From Haplodiscus bocki (Eukaryota), in assembly GCA_965655095.1 (NCBI GenBank), contig OZ296655.1, forward strand, positions 62,062,001 through 62,126,000: DNA of 64,000 nucleotides, written 5' to 3'. Positions 40,690 through 53,199 of the stretch are shown here, in pieces. The number at the start of each line of letters is the position of its first letter. The first letter of the stretch is position 1. A program made the position numbers and the translations under genes. The notes under the pieces are model-generated. The model made no database searches. It had not been told where the DNA came from and was given only the letters and a program-made list of their open reading frames with translations.

Positions 40690-40781
40690 GATCATCTTGA
40701 AGTTAGTCATATTTTCTCCTTGTTTAAACTGGGAGCCTCAGGGTCTTCGGTGTCTTAGATACCCAGTTTGTGCCGGGAGAA

Positions 40782-41985
40782 ATGGGCGAACGTAACAAGA
40801 AAAATGAAACGAGAAAATGTCTCAATTGCACAAATCTGATTGGTACTGATCCATCTATTTTTTGTTATGCATGCGAAAAATGGACACACGGGCACTGCGC
40901 AAAAGTTGGCAAGGAGGAAATCGAGTTGTTAGAACAAAGAGGAGGCGCCATGTGGTTCTGTGACAAATGTCGTTGTTTTGTGAAAAGTAGCAAAGAGACG
41001 GGACTAACAGAAATTAAGACGGAGATGGATCGAAAATTGACAGCTGTCAAAGACCTTGAAAAGCAAACAATTGCGAAGCAGGACGAAACGACAAAGAAAC
41101 TTGTCGAAGAAGTACACGAAGCAACAAAAAAACTGCGAAACAAATAGAACAAGCGCCAACTAATACTTCTGGAGCAAGTTATGGCAGAGCCTTGGGAGAA
41201 ACGAGTCACACCTTACAAACTGGCTCACAAAAGTATTTAATTCCGCAACGCAATTTTGAACACATTCTGATAGCTTCAAGTACGTTCAAATTCAGAGACA
41301 GTGTACAAATCCAGAAACAGTTTGCGAAACATTTCCCACTGAAAAGATTGATTCATGCATTCAACACAACCAGAGGAAACGTTCATTCAGAGTTTGTGTC
41401 AAAGAGGAGGCGGACGAAGTTTTCGAAAAGTGGAAACCGGAGTTTCTAGGTGATTCAACAAAGATTAGAAGATCTCTTTCAACGGAGAAGCCAGATCGTG
41501 CTGCCATCATCAAGAAGGTTCCGCTAGATGTGACCGATGAAATGATTCAAAGCTGTTTAGGTACTCAGTTCGCAGATGCGAAAGCAACGCGTTTCATAAA
41601 GAGAGACTCGACAAAACTTGGGACAGTCAAAATTGTGCTTAGGTCCGAAAACGATTTTGTAAAAGCTCTGCATCAAGGGCTTTTCATCGATTCCATCTAT
41701 TGAAAAACAACACCTTTCATGCAAAACGGGTTACAGATTGTCAGATGCTTCAAGTGCCAGAAGTTTGGCCACATCAGTGCCAAATGTCAATCAGCTGAGA
41801 AATGTGGACACTGCAGTGAAAATCATTTAATTAGGGACTGCCCCAACAAAAATCAGGAAAGCAAATGTGCGAACTGTAATCTAAAACATCCCACCAAATA
41901 TACCCAATGTGATGTATGCAACAAGCAATTACAAATAGTGTTGAAATTTAGGGGACTGGACCAATCCACTCCTCATAATGGCTAA
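40782..41985 (+). pseudogene. LINE ORF1: PHD finger, coiled coil and three gag-type zinc knuckles
   Basis: PHD: CLNC...CYACEKWTHGHC...WFCDKC. Knuckles: CFKCQKFGHISAKC, CGHCSENHLIRDC and CANCNLKHPTKYTQC. Broken by stops and frameshifts. Confidence 0.88.
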
Positions 41986-44900
41986 CAAAAACCTAACCTT
42001 CATTCAGCTGAATATTGGAGGCGTTGCCGAGCATAGCAAGCTGACTTTTAACAACTACCTTAAGACACGTAAACCGACAATCTGTTGCCTCAACGAAACA
42101 AAAAGACAACTACATAAGGACTTCACTGCAGATTACTTCACGGAATCAACATGTCGTGGCGTGAGAAGAGATGGCGTCGCTATCATAATAAGTAAGGACT
42201 TGATTTACACTCGGTTAAAAGAACTGGAACTGAAAGACTATGACAGCATTTGGATTTTGACGGTGGTGGCTGGACTCAAGATTCTAATCGGTACTGCATA
42301 CTTGAAACCAAATGAAACCGCTCAATGGAAAAATTTATAAAACAAAGAGAAAAAGCGGTAAACTAGTACCATCAGCACACCATTGATGGAGTGTTGTTCT
42401 GGGGAAACTGCAATGCTAGACGCTGCTCGTGGGGTGATAGTATATGCAACCCTAACGGTTATCTGCTTCTGGAAAGTCTTTCTGCTGAAGACAACATTCT
42501 TGATAAAGGAGAAGCAAATTTTCTGTCATCCAATGATTCGAGTGTTATAGATCTATGCATTGTAAGTGGAAAAATCGCTACTCAAGTAGGATTCGAGCTA
42601 ACAACTGACCCAAATATTGAACTCTTCACAGGAGTGCCGCAACGTGGACATATACCTTTAATAGTGAAATGCAATCTAAGTAGGACGACGGAAGAAAATA
42701 CCAAACCGAGGTTGCAAAAAGCAGACTGGGAAACCTAGCAGAACGTGTCAGAAGAATCATCGCATTCATCAATTGAGGCAGTTCAATGCTCGAACGCTAT
42801 AGATCAGTGGGGAAGTGTACTTTTTGACATTACCGAAGCAACACGATCGGCCATTCCTTTTAAAAGAAGCTCCAGACATAGCAAACATTTCTGGTCTGAG
42901 GATCTATCTCAAAAAAGTCCGGAACTCAGAGCTCTCCGAAAAAAAATTCAAGTACTGCTCCAACTACTCGAATTGAGAAAGACTCAATAATGCAAAAAAT
43001 GAGTTTAAGAATATTTTATCTGAGAAATCGTCGGAATGGATGCGAGAAACTTTAACTGAATTGAGTCAAAGAAAAAGCAAGGATTTTTGACAACAATTTC
43101 GATTTGTATTCCAAATGAGAGAATGCGCAATAGGCCCATTGCAAGGTTCAGATGAGCGGCTAGCTGCTTCGAGAGAGGAGGTCTCTGAGGAACTGAGAAA
43201 AACGTTCTTCCTAGGGCAACATCTCACAGGAAGATCATTCGATGAGGATCATTACGTTGAAGTGACACGGAAGGTTCGTAATTAGGACCCACAGATCAAC
43301 GCTGAGCATGATGAAGAACTCTTCCACGGGGACTTCCCGATGTATGAATTAGAGTGTGCTATCAAAGATGTGCGTTCGATAATGATGGGATTCATGCATC
43401 CATGCTGAAACATTTTGGTATTAGAATGAAACTCAGGCTACCAAAACTTTTCAATAGTTGTTGCTAGGAGTCTAATTGGCCCGGGAACTCATCTCGAGTA
43501 ATCTTCATAAAGAAACCAGGCAAATCAAATTATGCATCCAGTTCCAGCTACAGACCGCTAACCTTATCTAGTCATGTTGGAAAATTATTCGAAAGAATGA
43601 TAAACAGAAGTTTGCGCACTTTCTTTAGGTCTTCAAGAATAATTAAAGAAGAACAAGAAGGTTTCAGAGAAAAGAGAAGCACCGTTCGGTCTTTGTACAG
43701 AAAGCAATTAGAGTTGGAAGATGCTCAGAGAAATAAAAAACAAGCGGTTTTTTTGATAATAGACCTTGAGAAAGCCTTCGATAGTGTTTGGATAGACGGC
43801 CTCTTGTACAAACTTCAGTACATTGGAAAAGCAAGATTTCTGCTCAGTATTATCCAGGTTTTCCTTAGCAACATATTATCATTCATAAAGATTGGAAACT
43901 ATCGTTCAAACGAATTTCCGATTCACATCGGCTTACCGCAAGGCAGTGTACACTCGCCAACATTTTTCATACTGTTCAAAAAAGATTTCATCGACGCATA
44001 CCCCATTCGATACAATTTTTCGGATGATACAGCTCTGATTTTAACAGCCGATGATAATCTACAACTCGCAAACCGAACGCAGGCTGCTGCAGATGACATA
44101 AAACGGTGGTGCGACAAATGGCGCATGGCTGTTAATGGTTCCAAAACTGAGATAGTCTTGTTCAATTACAACAGCAACGACCCATTCGAAATCGCGCTAA
44201 ATTCTGACATCTGTAAAGTTAAAACATCCACAAAGTCTTTAGGGATAAAATTTGACAAAAAAAACTAATTTTAAAGAGCATGCTGAGCTGAGTGTAGCGA
44301 AAGCCCAGCGTAAGTGGGCTGCCATTACCAGCAAGTGCACAAATAGATGGTATCCATCTTTCACGACCAAAGTTTTTTTCTATCGAACAATTATTGTGCC
44401 GCAAGCCTGATATGGTGCTCCGCTATGGTACCACAAAAATACCCACCTACTCAGACGCCTTCAGAAAAATGTTATGAAAGAAAATTTTCAAACATGGTCT
44501 ATCTCCCTCTACTGAAACGTGTGAAGCATTGACTGGAATACCACTGATTGACATTTACTGCGCAAGCATAGCTGTCAAGTTCGCCATCAAAATCATACAG
44601 AATGATGATCTCGTACGGGATACTCACTTGACATCGATTAGTAAATCTCGCAGCCGAGCTAACTCACTAGAATCAAGTTTGAAGAGATACAGTCGATTTA
44701 TGAACAAGGAAACCATTCTCAAGTATACTAATGACCAAATTGCGGGATGTCACTAACCAATGGCGCAGACGATGGAAAAGAGGGTTTAACAAATCCTCTC
44801 TCACAAACCTCACTGCAAGTGTACCAGCATTTAACGATGTCTCTCCGATGATATGCGGTGACTCATACACAGCTAATAAAATCTGCGAGTTTCTTATTGG

Positions 44901-45123
44901 CAATTCTTTAAAACTAGCTGACATGAAGTGGAAATTGAGTCTCTGTGCTTCACCGATGTGTGAAAGTCGTGAATCGGAAGAAACACCATTTCATTTCTTT
45001 TTTCAACTGTAAACTACAAGCTGCTAACAGAGCAAATAAGTGTACAATCCTGAACGTTTTTAAGCAAGACGATTGTATAAAACTCACTACACTCATACTA
45101 AACTCGAAAAACTGGGCTGAATA
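41978..45123 (+). pseudogene. LINE ORF2: AP endonuclease, reverse transcriptase and C-terminal Zn motif
   Basis: APE: TFIQLNIGG, CLNETK, GNCNAR, SVIDLC. RT: QEGFREKRST, IDLEKAFDSVW, GLPQGSVHSP, FSDD. C-terminus: SPMCESRESEETPFHF. Many disablements. Confidence 0.92.
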
Positions 45124-46699
45124 GAATTGTGTGAACTTGTGGTATCCACATAGTTCAAATGTATATTAAACTGTTCATACTTATAAATGAATAAAACGAA
45201 AATGTAAAATATCCTCCCGCAATTTGGGGTTGAAAAAATTTATATTTATATCGTCCGCCGAAAATTATTTTTCTGCCAGTTACCACCGATAAAAATTTCA
45301 GTTTTCGAAATTTTTTAGAAGGCAAAGTGTGTTTTTGAGTCCTGTCTTTTCAGAGGCTTGAAAATGCTATTGTTTTTGCACTATTCGATGTAGCACCATT
45401 GAATTGAGCAGTATGCTGTAACATTTTTGGCCGTTATTTTCTGCAAGTTTTTGTCAAATAAAGAGTGGAACTTTCTGCATTTTGCGTAACAGATGCAAGA
45501 TTCCCCATTGTTCGCTGCGTTTCTCAACTTTGACGCGCAATTTCGGCAAACGCATTTATGGTATCCGCTAGCTTAATGCTTAGTTGCACTGGCAACGTTG
45601 TAATTGACCGGTGCCGAAAACTTCGGCGGCCGAAATTTTTTCGCGGACGACTTTTTGGAGAAAACAGTTGGAAACGGATTTTTCAGATGACAAATGTTAC
45701 TTCGTCGCACTTCTCTAGCCTCTTAACCCATGTATGGCATCTCAATTCTAGCTACGCAGTAGATTACGAAACGTTGGTTGCATTCAGTTTTAAGCCGAAG
45801 GTTTTCCTATTTTTAAACAAATTTTCGACCGAAAAGTTTTGAAAAATAAGTTGGGAGATGATTGACAGCAATATCTTATTTTTGGTGCGTTCAACTTGCC
45901 TCAATGTGATACATATCAAGTGAAATGAGCAACATGTTAAACACTGTTTACAACAGCGAGTCTTGATGCAAGTTTTGGAATCGTGCTATTTTTTGTCTGG
46001 GATTTATTTCCAAAAATTGTCACAAAAGAATTTTCCTTAACGTCTTGTGATTCTCCTGGAAACTTTTCATCCAGTTGCATGAACTATAGAAGGACTGGGA
46101 TGCGTGACACCTACTGGTTTGCCTGAAGAGGCAATCGATAGCATCTCATTACATGGTCGGTCTCAAATAGGTGGCTTGCTAAAAGTGTTTTCTACTTGTA
46201 GAGCCTTTTTTTCGATTCTTGTTGCCCTGCGGGATATTTTACAACTCTCATCACCTGGAAAAGTGCGTCGAGTTCGTGTCTCCTTTTAACCTTCAGCATC
46301 TCCTTCGTGCCCATGTGACCTCCGGTTTGCGCGAGAAATCTTTTAGTCGAGATATCTGAAAACATTTATCGAGAAGACTGGGCTTGTTGGGAAGCGTTTC
46401 CGTTTCCAGATTCGTATTTGTTTACTCAATACCTAGTTGTCATTTTTTGGAACCTTGCTGCTCTGAGAGGGCGTTTGCTAAACATCGCCTGGTTTTGGCT
46501 GACTTTTGGGATGACAATGTTTTTTCAGCTAAATTTTGTTTCAAGTTAGGATAGTTACTTTGAACCTCCACTATTATCTCTTGGTTGTTCTCTGCCTAAT
46601 GTCTCCGGATTTCGGTACTTGCTATTCAGCCTTGCATTAGCATGTGTTCAGCGATGTAGGCAAGATGTTGAGTACCTTCGCGAGCCTTGCGCTAAGCAC

Positions 46700-48790
46700 C
46701 TTAGCGCCTATGTGTTTTTCTTTCCTTTCGTTGTTCGTGGTGACATGTGTGTAACACAGAGGTTTACTGAGGGTGTATTTGTGACTATCTCTACAAACGA
46801 CATCGGATATTGACTATCTTGTAGAAGAACCTGGGCTTCTTGACTGAACTTGCTGAATGTTAGCCAGGATTTCGTTGTGCTAAATACTCCATGCACGAAC
46901 TCAAAAACCAGAAGGCAATGCTCGTTTGTAAATATAAGTCCAAGAACGTGAAAGTTCAGCATGGCACCAGTGTCGGTATTCTCTGTCTACCCTTCGAAAT
47001 ATAACGCTCTGTCAAGAAACCAACGTACCTTTATGTACCACATCGAGAGGCCATTCGCAACTTCGGCTCCACCGATCGTGAAATTCAGGTTCGGATTCAT
47101 CGTGTTTACGAAGTTTAGGAGGTACCTTCTTCCACCTATCCGTATTGTCAGTATTACATTGTCAACATATCGGAAAGAAAAAACTTGCTGAACGATCCAA
47201 GTTCAGAATGAAAATGAGAGAAAAAGTAATAGCCAGTAAACGTTCAACGGGACTCACCACTGCTACACTGTCAGCCTGCTGGAAGGACCTCTGTGAATGA
47301 AGAGCACCACATCCTTCGCCAACATCTGTAGTAATTTTCTGAAAGTCGACCTACTGAAATTCGGTGCAAAGGAACTGTCTTGGTACAGCAAAACGACTGT
47401 GAGCTCAAAGGCTTCATCTAAAGGTACGTTGAGAAATATCCTTCAATGTCCAAACTGACAACAATCGCATCCTTTCCCATTTTCGTTGCGTAGATGAATT
47501 GCAGTGTTTTTTTCTATCAGCCAATATACCAGCTTCAGGAAGCTTCTTGATGGTTTCAACTAGTTCTTCCGAAACATTTTTCTATTGTGAACCTGGCACG
47601 GACAAGATAAGACGAAGAGGGGATTCTTCTTTGTGGATTTTCGCGAGGCCGTAAAGCCTGGCAGGCTGCAATCTGACAAGTTGGACTTTTTGGTAGAACT
47701 CATTGGAGATTTCGCCTCGTTTCAAGATGTCGGACAGCCGCTTGCAGAACTTGGCTTCTTCTTTCATGGCTAGATTGGGACTAAGACGGGTTGTTTTAAA
47801 CTGGGAAGCTCTCAATTAATGTCCAACTTTTGGAGGCAGCAGGTCCGCTTGAGTATGCAATATCCAGTAACTTTATTGTAAAATACACCCACAGTCTCTT
47901 TATCTTTCAGCCAATTCTATGTCTTGTCAAGACATCGAGGCCAGTTCTGAACCTTGCAGGTTGACTTGTAGATGAGAATAACAACGTTGAATTTGTTGGT
48001 GACCTTGTTGTGATGGTTTTGCTGGGCACATTCAGAAAAAAACTTGTCTATCTTTGCGAGAAACTCTTCCTCCTCGAATTTAGTCAGAATTGGAAGTTTA
48101 GGCCCTTTTGAGGCAAATTTTAAAACACTCGGGAATTTTGATGTCATCCAGCACCTTAAGACAACGCTTAGTGTTGAGCAGTGGGTTTACTTGTTCTGCA
48201 CTGAAGTTTTCGATTTTCCGTCTGTGTTTCTTTTTTAGGCTGTAGCATGGTTCCATCCGTGGTGTAGGACGTATGATACTCAATGGATAAGACGTGCCTT
48301 TCTGGGATGTCTCGTTTTAGGTCCTCTCGCGCCTTGTTCATGGCGTCATCCAATTTGGCATTCTTGTCCCTACAGGCCTTCACATCTTTTCTCAGAAGAA
48401 TTCCCTGGAACCATCTGAAACTAGAAGTTTTGAAACATCCGTTCTTTGGCCCCCACAAACACAAGAATTTAGGAATGATTTCGATTTTCAGACGTTACTC
48501 CAAAAACTTCTCCCCTTGGCTTTTTGTCAATTTCTGCTCAGATTTTCTGTGGTAGACGCAGAAAAATTAATGAGTTCCAACTATCCAGTTTCGAGATAAT
48601 GAAATGGTACGGTAATACAAATGTCAAAGCAAAATTGAGACATGGAAGAAAAATGTTTGGCAAAAAAGCTTCCCATTGATTATAACATCAACAGCTATCT
48701 AAAAACACATAAACAGTTTTACCAATGGAAAAGCTAAAAAGCACATGAACCCAGAGTTCCCGATTTCAGGTAGATACTACTAAACGAAGA
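46700..48790 (-). mobile_element. Penelope-like element 5' part: LTR-like repeat, N-terminal domain, RT and thumb
   Basis: EIIPKFL; QPARLYGLAKIHK..PLRLILSVPGS; VVSLDI..FLNVPLDEA; QADSVAVVSP..LLA; FRYVDN; NTMNPNLNFT; TDTGAMLNF; QDSQYP. The LTR-like copy is at 48650-48790. Confidence 0.85.
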
Positions 48791-48999
48791 TTCAAGTACT
48801 TCAGAAATTGGCCATACTTGAAGCATTAGATATCAAATTCTCAGTTTTGGAAATTTTTAGAAACCTTTCAAACAGTTGAATCAGGTTCGAACGAGTTTTT
48901 TTAAGACACCGATCATAGAGCAGAAATCTTATATCTTTCGATTCAAGGAGAACATGGCTCGTTTTATTTTATTCGGGCTGTATCTTCGTAAAATTTTGA

Positions 49000-51630
49000 A
49001 ACTTTGGACTATAACAAGATTGAAGAACCTAACGGTCTCGAAGAGTTGCAACTATACGAACTGCTGCTAGACGGGATTAACATAGACTTTGCCTCAATGT
49101 ATGGAACCTCGTTGTCGAGCATTGACAACAATGACAAAATGAACTTTTTCCAAAAGAAAAAATGGAGGTAGCTACACCAGATATAACGCTTTTGTTGACA
49201 AAAACTACAGTGAAATCCACTGAAAAAAAGCACTACAAGCCATCGTGAAGACAACAATGAACACCAAATTTCAGAAGCTGAGAAAAGTTCTTAACTGGAT
49301 CAACTCAAAGAGAAATCAACGCGATTGTTCAAACATAATCAACTGCTACTTTTGGGTCTCTTACTAACCGACAAGTCACTAGAGTATTCGAAGATTCATT
49401 CCAATCTCCCTCTGTGACACGGATACCATGCTTGTTTACAGGCAATGATCATTATTCAAATAACACGTCGCAACAAAACTCGATTGAGTTACAAAAAATG
49501 AAATTACGCTGAACGGCAATCGCAATCGGTCGGAATGCAGAATATTCCATCCATGAGTTTCTAACAAAAATGGGAACGCTTCAGGTTTTCACAGGGAAAG
49601 GCAACAAAAAAGCATAAACCAGTGATGGAAGTCAAATTGAATAGGCAAAGCAATTATCAACTCCGCAAAGAATCAGGAACGGCAATCACCAAAGAAGTTA
49701 GAGATCGAACAGATTCCTTGAAAACAAGGCACAGGTAAACTACAGAGTTTTTTCCAGTCAAAGTTACCAAGCAAGAAGAATGACGCGTCATCTCAATCTT
49801 GAGCATGAACCAGATTTTTCAAAATGCGTAAAAATTCAACCGAAAAATTTCTCGAAAAATAATTTAAAAAATCAAGTCAACAGAGGCTAAACCACCAAAG
49901 ATACTCGCCCATGCGACATCTGCAACAACAGACAATGTCAAAGCCGAAACGTCAAACAAAATTTCAGCTCTGTCTCCGCAGATGAGACTTTCGGAATTTG
50001 GGATGTTGTCAAGCAGCATGTAAACAAAAGATCAGATGACCTAAGGTTCATTACAGAATTATATCGGTTAGAATTAACAGCGCTGGACACCACCGAGTCT
50101 ATGGGTTCAGAAAACTTACACCCACGAATTCTCTATGAAACGTGGGTTGAAATTACCTCAACACTTAGTTCAATCTTCCGCACTTCATGGAACGTACGAA
50201 AAATTTCAAGTGATTCGAATTGTGCAAACCCATCTCTTATCCACAAAAAAGCAGATGAAATGGGTCTAATAACTACAGACCATTTTGCTTGACGTTGATA
50301 GGCAGCAGGATAATGGAAAAAAGCACCCGGAATTGTATGCTTGAGCTTTCACGGCCAAACATCTTCATATCAGGTAGCCAATTTGGCTTCATGCCAGGCC
50401 CTTCAGAGATTTTGCAGTTGTTACGAGATATGGATTATTGGACTGGGGAGCTAAACTGAGAAGTCGACGTCGTATACATCGGGTTCCACAGGTCTTTGGA
50501 CAGCATACCACATCAGAAGTTACTTGGAAGCATAAACAAATACTTATTTCAAGTGCAAACTCTGAAGTGGATTCGAGGCTTGCTATTCGGTAGAAAACAG
50601 CTCGTTGTAAAAAAGAAAATAAACTCGAAGTGGGCAGCAGTTAGAAGTGGGAACCTTCAGGGTTCAGTCAGAGGACTTGTGCGCCTCGTCATCTTCATAT
50701 ATTCAATGTTTAACTACGTCTCCTCACAGATGTACCTTTCTGCTGATGATGCTGAATCATACCGGGGCGTAAAGAATGATGAAGATGCAGAACAACTTCT
50801 TAACAACTTCGATGTTTTTTGGAATTGAACCGAAGGTAGTCTCCTGAAACTCAGTTTGTCAAATTGTCACTAGTTAACGTTAACAAGAAGATCCAAACGA
50901 CCAGTGAAAAGTTTCACAATGGACAGTGGAAAACCTCGGATGGGTGTAGATTGTGAGTAAAACCTTTGAGTAAGCGTTAACTTTAGATTATCAATCAATG
51001 AGAATATTCGAAAGGAAATGAGGAAGTCAAACAACCTAGTTGCAATATTGAGGAATAACTTTTTTTGAGCATGATTTATGATTTTCTGAGAACTCCTCAC
51101 AGAGCGTTAGTCAGACCGCATTTAGAACATGGTAACCAAATTCGGAATTCGGACTTGAAGAAGAGTACAAAAACATAAACGAAAAACCCAATTCTAGCAA
51201 CCAAGCTCATTACAATCCTGACTGGCTTGACTTACAGTGATACACTCAACATTCTGATTCTCCCGAATCTGCGATTCAAATGATGACGTAGAAAAACGAT
51301 CGAAGTTTTCGAAATTGTCAAGTGCTCTATGCTCTGTGATCCAGCTGTTACTGAAACTGAGAGGAAGAATTCCTACAAGGAGCCCATGTAATGTCAAAGC
51401 TTAAAGATTTGCATGATACTCTTCGTAAAAACTGGTTCACAAAGCTGCAATCAACGATTGGAACTCATTGACCGAAGATGTTGGCGTCAGTTAGAATATG
51501 ATTGTGTTCAAGTCCAGACTAGATAATTACTGGGAAGAAATTAAATAGAATATGGATTTTTTAAATGGAAGAAGACACAACTGAGGAGCTGATCGACAGA
51601 GGCTGAATTGGCCTGCAGATCAGAATCAAC
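49000..51630 (+). mobile_element. Decayed CR1-clade LINE ORF2 and 3' end
   Basis: GSENLHPRILYE...IF...IHKK; DSIPHQKLL...KWIRGLL.GRKQLV..SKWAAVRSG..QGSV; LSADD; ALVRPHLE; terminal FKSRLDNYW followed by a 3' hairpin. Confidence 0.82.
51589..51623 (+). other. 3' stem-loop of the CR1 element
   Basis: CTGATC-GACAG-AGGC-TGAATTG-GCCT-GCA-GATCAG: two nested stems just after the ORF2 end. Confidence 0.5.
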
Positions 51631-53199
51631 CTGTGACTCTTCGAACCTTCTGTTGATGATTTTGCACGTCAAGAAACCTTTACAAAGGAAGAGGTGATCT
51701 ACTTGAAAAGTAATAGGTTTTTCAATCTACAGACAGCTCGGTTGCAATTCTCAGTTGCTACTTTGGCTACTAAATAACGAATTCATGAAAACCACCGTTT
51801 TAGTGTTGACAACGCCACCTGAAGGGTAACTGTAATTATGAATGATTGGAGCTGTAACTGAAAGTATGTCGTTTTTTTAAAACTGGAGCGGTTATGAAGA
51901 AAATAACTGTATTGAACCTCAGTACTTCAAAAGGAAACGTGAATAAGCTTTCAATAGATACGCTTTTTTTGTTCAGGGCACTATCTCTCCCTAAATAGGG
52001 AGTCTTTGGTTTTTCACCTAGTTCGATGTCGATTTAGAGAACTTTCTTGATCGAAAGTTACTGGATGCAAACTGAACTAACTGAATCGGTAGGCATTTTC
52101 TGAATGCGAAACTGAATTCGAAATTTTGGGTGCGATAAAGTTAAGAAAAAAATCTTGTAAGAATTTGATCAAAGCCCCGTACCAGATGTGCGTTTTTGCA
52201 TGTCGATGAAGGCGCATGCGTTGATTCCGGTGATGAAGCAACACCGAATCAGCAAAGGATTGCTTGTGATCTGCGTGCAATGTGATAACGTACTGGATGT
52301 TTTGGCCTCAACGCATCAATTATATGATGTTCATTATACTGACGCTAAATAAAAAATTATTGTTTCAATTTGACTTGAGTTATGTCATTAAAGCTATGGA
52401 AGAAAGTTGATTTGGAGTATTCTACCATATAATGAAAGAAAGACTTTCTGATTGGCTTCATACTTTTATCGCCAAATTGAAACTTGGAAAAAATTTACAC
52501 TCAGTTAGACAGCTACGAAGTGATGCAAATTTTTTGGAGTCAAAATCTTATGAACAAATTAAGAATGAACATGGAAGTCCCGAAAACAGCAATGATTGAA
52601 AATGCAGGAAACCGGAAGTTTCAGATACTTCAGTCAGATGAGGAGCCTGCACATGTATACAAGTATTTTCATTTGACTCCTGACTCAGCTAGTTGAAAAA
52701 CCATCGACATCTATATTCAGAAGCCGGTCTGAAAAATTCCGTCTAACAGAAACACTTCAAACTGGGTACATCCCATGCGAGATCGTCTGTGCGAAAAGTA
52801 ATTCATTGCCAACTCGGAAACAAGTCTACCTAGGTAGAACATCAGATCATTCTGTGGAGGAAATGAATTTTTTCTAAGCAAAAATAACAAACTAGAATTT
52901 TCCATTACTTTTACGAACAGGTTACAAAGCAATAACTTTGCCTATTCTTTCATCATAGGCAATTATGCTAATTGAAATCTAAGTTGATAAGTGCCAACTG
53001 ACTGCGGTTAAAAGTTTCTGCAATTCACGACTTTCTGTGTTGGAACAGAGTGGCTATTCTGGCCAAATCAATCTCAAACAATAGTTGCCTGAAAGTAATA
53101 ACGATTGTTCGTCAAACACGGGAATGACCTTTCCATCAACATCAAACGCTCAAGTGTTGCTATTTTGTGTGCTGTTCCAACTTCAGAGAAAAACGTCAC

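Larger units (their letters stand above)
39865..45210 (+). mobile_element. Near full-length decayed non-LTR retrotransposon (APE-RT, I/Jockey-group-like) with three ORFs
   Basis: SGNH-like ORF0, PHD+CCHC ORF1 and APE-RT-C-terminal Zn-motif ORF2, followed by AATAAA at 45190 and an A-rich end. The 5' boundary is uncertain. Confidence 0.9.

Noticed and set aside
39846-45225. LINE target-site duplication ATATTCCTCCGCCGATTT (39846) / ATATCCTCCCGCAATTT (45209)
   Set aside because: Only a partial match needing a gap and several mismatches. It was used as a rough boundary hint, not asserted.
51650-53100. Possible exons of a host gene
   Set aside because: Short frames with no recognisable domain or consistent splice chain.
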